Below the pieces are notes generated by a model. That model searched no databases. It saw only the letters and a list, made by a program, of their open reading frames with translations, and had not been told where the DNA came from. The translations under genes were made by a program, and so were the position numbers. From positions 1 through 37,233 of IMG/VR virus record IMGVR_UViG_3300032212_000077: a stretch of 37,233 nt of DNA; one strand, 5' to 3'. Of this stretch, positions 1 through 8,384 are shown piece after piece (the first letter of the stretch is position 1; each line of letters opens with the position of its first letter). Origin of the DNA: a virus. Taxonomy: Duplodnaviria; Caudoviricetes.

Positions 1-45
1 TTGTTAAGACGATAAACCTTTAAGATAAAGACCGCCCTACCGTTG

Positions 46-354
46 TTATAGTAGTTTTTCTTTATGATCTATCTTGTCACTACTCCTTACTGTATGTGAG
101 TAAAATAATTCTTTCAACCCTTTTAGTTGTAGAACTTCCTTTAAGGTTATCCTATCAAAAAACAAACCGCTACACTTAAATTTTAAATAGTGTGTCACCT
201 CTTCACGTTCTAAAGCAAAAGTAAACTCTCCATTAATATGGCTCTTAAAATAAAAGGGAAGCTGAGTACCTTCTTTTATTAAATCTTTTACATCCTCATA
301 ATATGTAGACGTTATGCAAGAATATAAATAAGAGTATGTCCTAACGTTTTTCAT
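46..354 (-). CDS. Hypothetical phage protein
   Basis: 102 aa ORF, co-oriented and tightly packed with neighbours. Confidence 0.6.
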   Translation of the reverse strand: MKNVRTYSYLYSCITSTYYEDVKDLIKEGTQLPFYFKSHINGEFTFALEREEVTHYLKFKCSGLFFDRITLKEVLQLKGLKELFYSHTVRSSDKIDHKEKLL

Positions 355-361
355 AATTATT

Positions 362-682
362 CTATTTACTTACTTCATAACACCCGTTCTTGTCACATTT
401 ACCTCCTTTGTGGTAATCGCCTTGATCACAATTAACTTTGCATGGCATCCATGGCATTGACACACTTGGCACTATTGGCTGGAAAGGAGAATGAAACGTC
501 AATTGATTTAACCAAATACGTTTAGTCTTTACTATCTCTTCTATCTCTTCTTTAGATAATTCCCAACACGTAACCGCTTCACCTGTCTCTTGTGTTCTAT
601 TGAGGTATGCGGGTAAATCTTGATATTGTGGCTGTCCTTTACCAAATACTACATTTTGCTCTTTAAATTCTACTGGCTTCAT
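362..682 (-). CDS. Conserved hypothetical phage protein with Cys-rich C-terminus
   Basis: N-terminus MKPVEFKEQNVVFGKGQPQYQDLPA resembles a widespread phage hypothetical family; C-terminal C-x3-C...C-x4-C. Confidence 0.7.
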   Translation of the reverse strand: MKPVEFKEQNVVFGKGQPQYQDLPAYLNRTQETGEAVTCWELSKEEIEEIVKTKRIWLNQLTFHSPFQPIVPSVSMPWMPCKVNCDQGDYHKGGKCDKNGCYEVSK

Positions 683-716
683 AATTATTTCTTATTGTTT
701 TACTATAGTTAAATAT

Positions 717-929
717 TTATAGGTCAAATGTTTTAATTGCTTCTGTTATTCTAACCTTTAACCCTTCAACCGCTTCCTCTAATGTGCTATAATAAACACT
801 ATCGATTATTACTAAATAACCGCTTACTCGTAGCTTAGCATTTGAGTAGTATCGCTTTTTACCCTGCGGCCTAGTGCTGTTATAACTAATCATTATATCC
901 TCTAACAATTCATCTTTCTTTAATTCCAT
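717..929 (-). CDS. Hypothetical phage protein
   Basis: 70 aa ORF within the operon. Confidence 0.55.
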   Translation of the reverse strand: MELKKDELLEDIMISYNSTRPQGKKRYYSNAKLRVSGYLVIIDSVYYSTLEEAVEGLKVRITEAIKTFDL

Positions 930-947
930 GATTATTTTATTATAGTT

Positions 948-1184
948 TTAAATCGCTTCTAATTGGTTATATAGCTCCTTTAATTGCTGTTCTTGTTCTA
1001 ATAAAACTACCTTAGTGACCGAATCGAAAAGAGTTTTATTTTCATGGATTCTAAGGGTGTAATAAACATCATTGCTTCCTTTAATATAAATATTATTAGC
1101 CCGCTTAATATTTTTTATATTCATTTCAATTTGTTCTATCCTGAACAATAAAATATTGGCTTCTCTTAATTTATTAATATCCAT
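948..1184 (-). CDS. Hypothetical phage protein
   Basis: 78 aa ORF within the operon, helical C-terminus. Confidence 0.6.
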   Translation of the reverse strand: MDINKLREANILLFRIEQIEMNIKNIKRANNIYIKGSNDVYYTLRIHENKTLFDSVTKVVLLEQEQQLKELYNQLEAI

Positions 1185-1198
1185 GTTTGTTTAATTAA

Positions 1199-1462
1199 TT
1201 ATTCATCGAAAGAGTTATTTATTACCCAAGTATTAACCATGTGCTTTATTTCCTCTTCTCTCTTGTGTATAAGGACTACACTAGGCTTAGAGCTAAGATG
1301 TAAGTAAAAGTCATCCAAGAAATCTATTAGTCCTTCTCTGGTGAAAGATACTTTCCAATCAAAAGGTAAGTCATCACTTACTGTTATTAATAAGCCACCG
1401 CAATCACCACATATATCTTTTTCTTCTATCGTTACTGTTCTGCACTTATCGCATTGTTTCAT
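1199..1462 (-). CDS. Hypothetical protein with N-terminal zinc ribbon
   Basis: CDKC...CGDC motif; overlaps the upstream ORF. Confidence 0.6.
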   Translation of the reverse strand: MKQCDKCRTVTIEEKDICGDCGGLLITVSDDLPFDWKVSFTREGLIDFLDDFYLHLSSKPSVVLIHKREEEIKHMVNTWVINNSFDE

Positions 1463-1733
1463 AGTTCTTGATGATTGTTGCTAATCTTAAAATTTCTTTA
1501 TCCTGACTTCTAATGATGCTAATTAGTCTTCTATGCTCCTTCTGTTGCTCTTGTATTATTGTATTGAGTCGTTCTGCTTCTGATTGGTTATTGTTTGTTA
1601 TTACTGGCTCTGTTAATGAATTAAGTATTGATACTATTCTGATTAAGGCTCCAAGCTTTATGTTAGTTCGGTCACTTGGTTGAACTCCTTGCGAGTGTTT
1701 TAATATTGATCGTATGTGGTCATTATTACTCAA
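1446..1733 (-). CDS. Hypothetical coiled-coil protein
   Basis: 95 aa ORF with heptad-like C-terminal half. Confidence 0.6.
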   Translation of the reverse strand: MSNNDHIRSILKHSQGVQPSDRTNIKLGALIRIVSILNSLTEPVITNNNQSEAERLNTIIQEQQKEHRRLISIIRSQDKEILRLATIIKNYETMR

Positions 1734-1736
1734 TCC

Positions 1737-2012
1737 TTAAGCTTTAAATAATACTTTACCTTTCTTTAATCTCTTGATTGCGTTTTTCATATTTAATGCT
1801 TCTACATAGTAGCAACCTTTAACAACGTCTAATTTTTTATTATTCCTTTTCCCTAGTACAAACTTGTCTGATTCTCTAAAAATCGCTTCTGTTACCAGTT
1901 CTGTCTGTGGATTAAATTGAAATATTTTACCACCATCGATTTTAGGGCGATAAGAACCTAGTAATTTATATTCTTTTTGCTGCTTCTTTTTTTGTGTAAA
2001 TACTTGTCTCAC
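1737..2012 (-). CDS. Hypothetical phage protein
   Basis: 91 aa ORF; GTG start overlaps the HNH gene stop. Confidence 0.65.
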   Translation of the reverse strand: MRQVFTQKKKQQKEYKLLGSYRPKIDGGKIFQFNPQTELVTEAIFRESDKFVLGKRNNKKLDVVKGCYYVEALNMKNAIKRLKKGKVLFKA

Positions 2013-2410
2013 AGAATAGGTTTTTTAAAAATTGAAAAAATATCGTTTCTGTTTTTTGGTATCTTATCCCCGTCATCGTTTAAAATGTAGTCGATTAAAA
2101 TGCCTTTGTGTTTCTCCTTTCCTGACTTGATGTTATGGTAATGATGGCTCATGCTCATTAGGTTCGCTTTATCCAATTTTGCTCCACCTTCTTCAACTCT
2201 AATAATATGGTCCGCTACATTTGTTCGAACTGTTAACCCGAAATGTGTAGCCACTTCACATAAAGGTGTTTCACTCCTTATTATCTTAGATAGCTTTTTC
2301 CAATGCTTTGTATCGTGAAATCCTTTACTATCTACCTTTCTAGCAAATGGTTGTTTATCAATTTCTTTAACCCAGGGCAATTTGTCGGCTTGTCTCTTTA
2401 TTGTAGGCAT
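2009..2410 (-). CDS. HNH endonuclease (HK97 gp74-like packaging cofactor)
   Basis: PLCE...ADHI...GG...NLMSMSHHYHNIKS motif pattern; lies upstream of terS if the genome is circularised. Confidence 0.85.
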   Translation of the reverse strand: MPTIKRQADKLPWVKEIDKQPFARKVDSKGFHDTKHWKKLSKIIRSETPLCEVATHFGLTVRTNVADHIIRVEEGGAKLDKANLMSMSHHYHNIKSGKEKHKGILIDYILNDDGDKIPKNRNDIFSIFKKPIL

Positions 2411-2609
2411 GATTCGGATTTACTTGATAATAGATATGTTTACCTTCTTTCAGTCTTTCTAGTAGTCCTTTCTTCTTTAGTGCGGTAATTGCTCCATATA
2501 TCGGTGCTGATTCTTTGTGGCCCATCTTTAAGGCTAAGGAGTGCGGCCTGATCTTTCCCGATTGTCTAAAGGCTTCAAAAACGGTTTGTTGCTTATTGGT
2601 GAGCTTCAT
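2367..2609 (-). CDS. Winged-helix DNA-binding protein
   Basis: LTNKQQTVFEAF...LALKMG...ITALKKKGLLER resembles a LexA-type DNA-binding domain. Confidence 0.65.
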   Translation of the reverse strand: MKLTNKQQTVFEAFRQSGKIRPHSLALKMGHKESAPIYGAITALKKKGLLERLKEGKHIYYQVNPNHAYNKETSRQIALG

Positions 2610-2866
2610 AATTTAGACCTCCTTTGTGTTGCTCTTTCGTCATACGCTGCCTTTAGCGCTCCTGCTACCTTAGCAAGGTTCCAAAGCAACCACCATAGGT
2701 TTACTCTTCCACTTGGTCTAAATATCCTAGGCTTCAACGGTTCCAGTATAACATCTATGATATTAGGTTCTGTCTCTCCTTCTTGTCTTGATTTAGAAAG
2801 AAGCTGCAAATAAGATACTCTTGATTCTGAATAAGTTGTATCAAATTGATTTCTCTTGAATTTCAT
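2606..2866 (-). CDS. Hypothetical protein immediately downstream of the integrase
   Basis: Starts 1 nt after the integrase stop; 4-nt overlap with the next gene. Confidence 0.6.
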   Translation of the reverse strand: MKFKRNQFDTTYSESRVSYLQLLSKSRQEGETEPNIIDVILEPLKPRIFRPSGRVNLWWLLWNLAKVAGALKAAYDERATQRRSKL

Positions 2867-2867
2867 G

Positions 2868-4466
2868 TTAGGCCACTTTAGATATTAGCCTTTGTAGGTT
2901 AACAATATCCCTTTCAGATGATTCCAAAATAGTACCGTCATCTCCACAAAGAGGGAGAGAATCATTATTTTCTCCCTTATTTATTTGAAAAATATTTTTA
3001 ATTGCTTCTAAATCAATAAGTTCTGATACTATTTTATTAAGATGAACGGTTCCAACTATCTGTTTTTTCACATTTACATGAAATCCGTTAGGGAAAAAGG
3101 TATTCAGAATCAATGATTTAAGTTCTTGCGAACCTTGTTTTAGTACTTTTTTAAGGTTCGGTATTATTTTAATCGTTTCTTGTATTACCCTTTCATTTAA
3201 GAAGGATTCATTATTTACATTGTCTATAATAATAAACTTGTGTTCTCGCTGCTCTTCTATAATTCCTTTTAACTCTCTGTATTCTTGTAACTCTATTTCT
3301 CCTATTGCATATTGACGGTTTAATTCCTTCATTCTTTCATCGATGCGGTCGATATCTCTTTTTGCTGTAGCTTTTCGGTTAGCCCTGTCTTGTTCGGCTT
3401 TTTTGAATTGTTGCCTTACTTCATTTTCTATATAATCAAGTATCCCTTTTTTGATCTTGAATTTGCCGAAAAGTTTCAATATTAAATCATGTGTAGCATC
3501 TACTCTTATTGATGTTCCTTTTTTTGCGTGGTAGTACTTGTATTTTTTGCTCCTACCTGTTGAAGCAGATGCGGTCATTCTTCTACCTGTACGTTCACAA
3601 AACACGTGCCCTTTTAACCAGTAGTCCACTTGTTTCGTTATCGTTTTAAATCTAGTCTCACTATCTGCCTTTATTCTCTCTTGAATCGTTTTAAACTCTT
3701 CTATAGTGATAACTGCATACTCGTTCCAATGCGCTTTAATAAACTTCTTTTCACCATCTATTAAGACAATGTTCGCCCCTGCATAAATTGGGTTCTGGAA
3801 AGTTTGATAAAACCTAGTTCTACTTAAACCTATTTGTTTAGCAGCTTCTAAGAAATAAGACCTACTAACATTCCCGTATAAATAAGACTTAAATATCTTT
3901 TCAATGATCAATAGTTTGTCTGTGCTGTCAGGTTCTAACGATTTACGATAATTAGATAAAACTATTTTTCGATAACCTGGAGGAGCCTTACTTCCTGTAT
4001 AATAGCCTTTACTTTTAATTGCTGTTAGGTTTTGCTTGATTCTTCTGGATGTATTGAAACTCTCTTCTTCTGCTATCCCTAATCGGATATTTAACATCAA
4101 TCTTTCACCACCTGAACCATAAACTAACCATTGTTCAACAAAATTGATTTGGACCCCAATAGCTTTAAACTTTTCAATCCACTCCCATGCTCTACCTGTA
4201 TTCCTGAAAAATCTATCAACTTTTTGATAGAGTACATAATTTGTTAAATTAGGGTTCCTTTTGCAGCGCCTGTATATTTCTTCCAATACGCCCCGTCTGT
4301 TTTCTTTCCAACTGCTTATTACCTCTTTGTAGATGGCTACTTTGTTCATTTCCATTAACCTTGGATGATTGGTGCAAAACATTTGCTGAGTCTCTAGGCT
4401 GTTGCCCTTCTTGTTTTGCTCTTCTTTGCTGCATCTTAGCACTAGTATAAACTTTTCTTTTTGCAT
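2868..4466 (-). CDS. Large serine recombinase (integrase)
   Basis: N-terminal LRCS (catalytic Ser), SLETQ, KVDRFFRN, AEEES, APPGY, NPIYAG recombinase domain, LKGHVFC, then coiled coil; 532 aa. Confidence 0.92.
   Translation of the reverse strand: MQKEKFILVLRCSKEEQNKKGNSLETQQMFCTNHPRLMEMNKVAIYKEVISSWKENRRGVLEEIYRRCKRNPNLTNYVLYQKVDRFFRNTGRAWEWIEKFKAIGVQINFVEQWLVYGSGGERLMLNIRLGIAEEESFNTSRRIKQNLTAIKSKGYYTGSKAPPGYRKIVLSNYRKSLEPDSTDKLLIIEKIFKSYLYGNVSRSYFLEAAKQIGLSRTRFYQTFQNPIYAGANIVLIDGEKKFIKAHWNEYAVITIEEFKTIQERIKADSETRFKTITKQVDYWLKGHVFCERTGRRMTASASTGRSKKYKYYHAKKGTSIRVDATHDLILKLFGKFKIKKGILDYIENEVRQQFKKAEQDRANRKATAKRDIDRIDERMKELNRQYAIGEIELQEYRELKGIIEEQREHKFIIIDNVNNESFLNERVIQETIKIIPNLKKVLKQGSQELKSLILNTFFPNGFHVNVKKQIVGTVHLNKIVSELIDLEAIKNIFQINKGENNDSLPLCGDDGTILESSERDIVNLQRLISKVA
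2935..2977 (+). other. Putative attP: tmRNA/tRNA 3'-end-like CCGTCATCTCCAC followed by a terminator hairpin
   Basis: CCGTCATCTCCAC at 2935-2947; 11-bp stem AGGGAGAGAAT/ATTTTCTCCCT at 2952-2977 followed by a T-rich run. All antisense within the integrase 3' end. Confidence 0.6.
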
Positions 4467-4551
4467 GATCTATTGATAGTTTTATCAACAAGTTTAAGAA
4501 AATTTTTGACTCTTCGCTTAAATTCGATTCAATTAATTGATTTTTAATCAT
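4249..4551 (-). CDS. Small ORF overlapping the integrase 5' end
   Basis: Starts 1 nt after the methyltransferase stop and fills the gap to the integrase; 218 nt out-of-frame overlap. Confidence 0.4.
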   Translation of the reverse strand: MIKNQLIESNLSEESKIFLNLLIKLSIDHAKRKVYTSAKMQQRRAKQEGQQPRDSANVLHQSSKVNGNEQSSHLQRGNKQLERKQTGRIGRNIQALQKEP

Positions 4552-4552
4552 A

Positions 4553-5209
4553 TCAAAAGAGTTGTTTTTGTATTATGGTTTCTGTCTTAATATTCAGAGT
4601 GGACAGGTAGTAATCCAGTATATGCTTCCCAAGCTTGGGGTGTACGCAGTTCCGTAATATTTGAGCAGGGCAATGGTTATTTTTATAATAAATTATTTCG
4701 TCAAAATGAATACCTAACCATTTTTGTAATTCTTTCATCCCTTTTAAACCTCCATATTTCATCAAACCCTTTGGCTTTTTAATATCTAAATATGGGAAGT
4801 GAAAATTGGACCACATTAAATGCCGACCCATCTTTTTACCAGAAATTAATGGTTCATAGTATGGTGTTACATTTTCGACTACATAACCTCCTTTGAAAAA
4901 GGTATTAAGGAAAATGACTTGTTGGTATAGTGCCATATCTGGATACCACTTTTTTTTATGCTTTGTAGCTACCATCATTTTACTATGAGTAGGACATGGG
5001 GGAGAAGTCCAAATAAAATCATACTCTTCATAATTATTTAAAAGGTAATCGTGTGCATCTCCAATAATTAAATTATCCTCAGGGTAAAGTTTTTTATATA
5101 CTTTAGCTACTGGTTCATAGTTCTCAACTGCGGTCACTTTACAATTAGTCCAAAGTTTTCTATTTCCTCCTAATCCTGCATACAAGTTCAATACTTTTAT
5201 TTCACTCAT
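4553..5209 (-). CDS. DNA cytosine-C5 methyltransferase (orphan)
   Basis: Motif I LYAGLGG, catalytic SPPCP, ENV motif, C-terminal RNCV; no cognate restriction enzyme seen. Confidence 0.88.
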   Translation of the reverse strand: MSEIKVLNLYAGLGGNRKLWTNCKVTAVENYEPVAKVYKKLYPEDNLIIGDAHDYLLNNYEEYDFIWTSPPCPTHSKMMVATKHKKKWYPDMALYQQVIFLNTFFKGGYVVENVTPYYEPLISGKKMGRHLMWSNFHFPYLDIKKPKGLMKYGGLKGMKELQKWLGIHFDEIIYYKNNHCPAQILRNCVHPKLGKHILDYYLSTLNIKTETIIQKQLF

Positions 5210-5439
5210 TAGAATAATTGTTTTTGCACCCCGTTTTCCTTCTCGTTGAGGTTTTTTATTATATAATATGCAGCCTTACAGCAAGCAGCTTTTTTAATAG
5301 CTCCTTTCTCTGTCATTTTTCCCTTACGGATTGAGCCTGTAAAAACTTTCTTTTGCATCTTCATCTCATTAATTAACCATTCTAGTATATCGGTTTTACT
5401 TACCTTAGAATGGTCTATATTATCATACCACATTGCCAT
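5209..5439 (-). CDS. Hypothetical protein ending in QKQLF
   Basis: 76 aa ORF, stop overlaps the methyltransferase start. Confidence 0.65.
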   Translation of the reverse strand: MAMWYDNIDHSKVSKTDILEWLINEMKMQKKVFTGSIRKGKMTEKGAIKKAACCKAAYYIIKNLNEKENGVQKQLF

Positions 5440-5441
5440 AA

Positions 5442-5831
5442 TTACAATTTAAAATCTTCAACAATAGTTTTAGCTGTCTTTGGCCCAATACCTTTAATCG
5501 CTCCAAATAATTTTACATCCTTATCAGTAATCCCCTTTAGTATTTCCTGTTCGGTTAATCCTGACATTATCGTAATAGCTGTACTACAACCAATCTTTGG
5601 TAACTTAATAAGCTGCTTAAATAACTGCCTTTCATTCTCATTTATAAAGCCGTATAGTGTCCGTTCCGACTCTGTTATCTTTTCATGGACTAATAACATC
5701 ATTTCAGGTAGTTCTTTTATTTCAGCAAAGGTTTTACTGTCAATATGGATGCCGTAACCTACCCCATGGTTTTCTAATGCTATGTAGTTTTTATCGAATA
5801 CTAATAGTTTGCCTATTATGTGGTTAATCAT
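5442..5831 (-). CDS. ruvA: RuvA-like Holliday-junction-binding protein, domains I-II only
   Basis: MINHIIGKL...GVGYGI...LYGF..ENERQLFKQLIKLPKIG...IKGIGPKTAKTIV matches the RuvA OB fold plus two HhH motifs; ends at 129 aa. Confidence 0.85.
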   Translation of the reverse strand: MINHIIGKLLVFDKNYIALENHGVGYGIHIDSKTFAEIKELPEMMLLVHEKITESERTLYGFINENERQLFKQLIKLPKIGCSTAITIMSGLTEQEILKGITDKDVKLFGAIKGIGPKTAKTIVEDFKL

Positions 5832-6604
5832 TGGATTGTTTTTATTTGCTTGATAGAATGTTTATAGTCTGATATTTTTTCTTTATAGTTTTTTATATAG
5901 GATTGGTAGCCTTTTACCTTTTGCTCTTTATAGTTTTTTAATTTTACGGGGTCTAATTCAAAACCGAATATTTTCGCATCCTTAAGGCATTTGTCGTGGT
6001 ATCTTTCTTTTTCGTCAAACTTTTGCTTAACTACTTTTAATGCTTCCTCTTTTGTGTAACATGGAATAAATTTAGATTTACCACCAGATTCATCACTATA
6101 AGTATTTTTGCAATACATTAAACTACCGTCATCCCTACCGAATACAGAAAATAATTTTAACCTATCCCCGTGCCCACTAGTAAAATCTTCAAACTTTTTA
6201 ATTTCAAGGCCATATTGATAGGTGACAATGTATTTCACCTTACCTGTAATAAAATCTACAAAAAGAGAAAATGAGTCATCATTTAATTCTTTAATTGACT
6301 TTTTGAAATAATCTATTTTTTGAGTAAAATCCGATATTGCATTACTACAAACTTTTCGATACCTTCTCATTTCTTCTTCTTTGTTTCTTCTTAATCTATC
6401 ATATCTTTCATCCAATTCCCTTAGGTTCTTTTCTTTCCATGATTCTACTGGCTTATCATGTAATGACTTAACTACAAAGTTTTCACCGCTCGGAATTTCG
6501 TTACCTTCTGAAATGAATATTTCTTGAACTATTGTTTCTTTTGAGTTCAATTTGCCTACAATAGCTACTTTTTTACCGTCAGTTGTATATTTTATTTTAG
6601 ACAT
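5828..6604 (-). CDS. Conserved hypothetical phage protein (coiled-coil)
   Basis: 258 aa ORF; N-terminus DGKKVAIVGKLN..ETIVQEIF resembles other phage hypotheticals. Confidence 0.75.
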   Translation of the reverse strand: MSKIKYTTDGKKVAIVGKLNSKETIVQEIFISEGNEIPSGENFVVKSLHDKPVESWKEKNLRELDERYDRLRRNKEEEMRRYRKVCSNAISDFTQKIDYFKKSIKELNDDSFSLFVDFITGKVKYIVTYQYGLEIKKFEDFTSGHGDRLKLFSVFGRDDGSLMYCKNTYSDESGGKSKFIPCYTKEEALKVVKQKFDEKERYHDKCLKDAKIFGFELDPVKLKNYKEQKVKGYQSYIKNYKEKISDYKHSIKQIKTIQ

Positions 6605-6616
6605 ATTTTTTTTGAT

Positions 6617-6976
6617 TTATTTTTCAAAATTTGGCTTATTGGCTCCAATTCCTTGTATAGCAGAATCGATACTATAAGCGATTATATAAGGTAATCCATT
6701 GGCTCTACATTCGTCATAAAATAGACGCTCTCCTTCAGTTAATTCTTTTCTTAAAAATAGTTCCTTGTCTGCTGCTGTCGTTAGTCTTCTAAAATATCTA
6801 GGAAATTTATTACCATCTTTTATCTCCATGGGAAACCACTTACCCCTAAATCCTACCATTAAGTCACAACAGTTTTTTAATTGATGTGTGTGTAGAACTT
6901 TTGCGCCCACTCTTCTTAATGCTGACACAATTAGCTTTTGGTTTTTGTCTACGTTTGCTGCTCTTCTTAATGCCAT
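6617..6976 (-). CDS. VRR-NUC / PD-(D/E)xK nuclease, putative Holliday-junction resolvase
   Basis: RRAANVDKNQKLIVSALR...DLMVGFRG...MEIKDG...LTEGE. Confidence 0.75.
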   Translation of the reverse strand: MALRRAANVDKNQKLIVSALRRVGAKVLHTHQLKNCCDLMVGFRGKWFPMEIKDGNKFPRYFRRLTTAADKELFLRKELTEGERLFYDECRANGLPYIIAYSIDSAIQGIGANKPNFEK

Positions 6977-7034
6977 GTCTTTAATCCTTTTATTTGGTGT
7001 TACGTATCGACTAGAATCGACTTTTATTAATTTC

Positions 7035-7412
7035 CTACCCTATCCAACCTCTTCGCCTTTTGGCTCTCCGTTTCGGCACTCTTTTAATTGGTTCAGTTTT
7101 TTCAGGAATTGGTTTGGCTTTTTCTTTTCGCTCGTTCACTCTTTTTGTAATCTCAATTACATAATCATTTGCTCTTTCTATGGTTGGTACGAACCATGCA
7201 AACGTGCCAAAATTTTCACTACTTGGATAAATTTCTTTTGGTGGATATGCTTTATCAAAAATCTTATGTTGAGGTTTTTTTTTGATTTCAAACACTTCAT
7301 AACCGTGTGTTTTTGACTTATCCCACTTCTCATAAATCGCTGCAAAATTATTCCTCCAAATTTGTGTATGGTTAAAACCGTATTTTTTAACATTTATGGG
7401 TAATCTCTCCAT
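7035..7412 (-). CDS. Conserved hypothetical phage protein
   Basis: 125 aa; YEVF...EIYPSSENFG..AW motif, basic tail. Confidence 0.7.
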   Translation of the reverse strand: MERLPINVKKYGFNHTQIWRNNFAAIYEKWDKSKTHGYEVFEIKKKPQHKIFDKAYPPKEIYPSSENFGTFAWFVPTIERANDYVIEITKRVNERKEKAKPIPEKTEPIKRVPKRRAKRRRGWIG

Positions 7413-7537
7413 ATTGATATAATTTAGTTTCGTTAAATCGTTTCTAAGGGTTTACTATTGATTAGAAATCAACTTTATTTGATTTTTGGTATATTGGTAT
7501 AGGATTTTGATTTTAAGCCAAAATTTAACCTATTCAA

Positions 7538-8275
7538 CTAGTTTTTTACAAACCTGTGATTTTGTAGTTTTTCTGTTACTAATTCAATTGGTCTTTTCTT
7601 AGTCGGAAAAAAGCTGTCTTTTTGAACTGGATTTATAGTTAAGCCTGTCTTGTTTCCATCAAGACTTGTGAACACTCCAACATTATTTTCATCATCCCAT
7701 TGTTGGAAATTTAACTCCACTTCGAATTGGTCACATAGCATTAAAAACTCGTATCCTAAAACTGGACTAACTAAACCTTTTCCCTTTCTCGTCTGATCCA
7801 ATCTGTATAATAATTTACTCGCTTCTCTGATTTCGTTTGGTACTCTTTTGCTATCAACCTGTAAAGAATAGGGAACATATGGGTAAGCATCTTCTATCAT
7901 TTCCCATACTACTAATTGGCCTATAAATAATTCATTTCCATCCTTGGTCCAATGATTTAGCATTTTCTCAAACTTCGAAGGACTCAGGCCACAACCTACA
8001 ACCATTCGATAAAGTGTTAATCCAGACACACATTGGTGATTAATTAAGACCTGGTAAATATTATTTTTCTTATCCATGTAAATAGTAATTGGTATTACAT
8101 TGTGTACTCTTCTTTCGTCAATTATCATCCCATCTAATTTAAACAATGCTAAATCATACATGGCCCAGTCTGTGCCTCTTTCTATTTGGTGGATAAATCC
8201 TTTTGTTAATTTCTTTTTATTGTAAGTCAATTGGCCCCATGGGAACTCAACTGGTATGGTTAAAACTCTTTTCAT
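7538..8275 (-). CDS. Hypothetical protein (possible divergent ASCH/PUA-like N-terminus)
   Basis: 245 aa ORF; FPWGQLT start resembles Bacteroidota phage proteins. Fold assignment is tentative. Confidence 0.65.
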   Translation of the reverse strand: MKRVLTIPVEFPWGQLTYNKKKLTKGFIHQIERGTDWAMYDLALFKLDGMIIDERRVHNVIPITIYMDKKNNIYQVLINHQCVSGLTLYRMVVGCGLSPSKFEKMLNHWTKDGNELFIGQLVVWEMIEDAYPYVPYSLQVDSKRVPNEIREASKLLYRLDQTRKGKGLVSPVLGYEFLMLCDQFEVELNFQQWDDENNVGVFTSLDGNKTGLTINPVQKDSFFPTKKRPIELVTEKLQNHRFVKN

Positions 8276-8305
8276 TCTTCCGATTTAATTTAATTGTTTA
8301 AAATA

Positions 8306-8349
8306 GGGTGACTATAAAAAATTGATAATCATTCTTAAAATAGCCACCC
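8306..8349 (-). terminator. Intergenic hairpin / weak terminator
   Basis: GGGTGGCTAT...ATAGTCACCC (G-U pair on the minus strand) followed by TATTTT. Confidence 0.45.
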
Positions 8350-8384
8350 GTTTGTAGTGTAGTTCTCAGTAGTAACCTTTTTGT

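Noticed and set aside
1199-1462. DDLPF motif resembling an SSB tail
   Set aside because: It is internal rather than C-terminal, and the protein has no evident OB fold.
7178-7393. 71-aa nested ORF
   Set aside because: Lies wholly within 7035..7412 in another frame, with no independent support.
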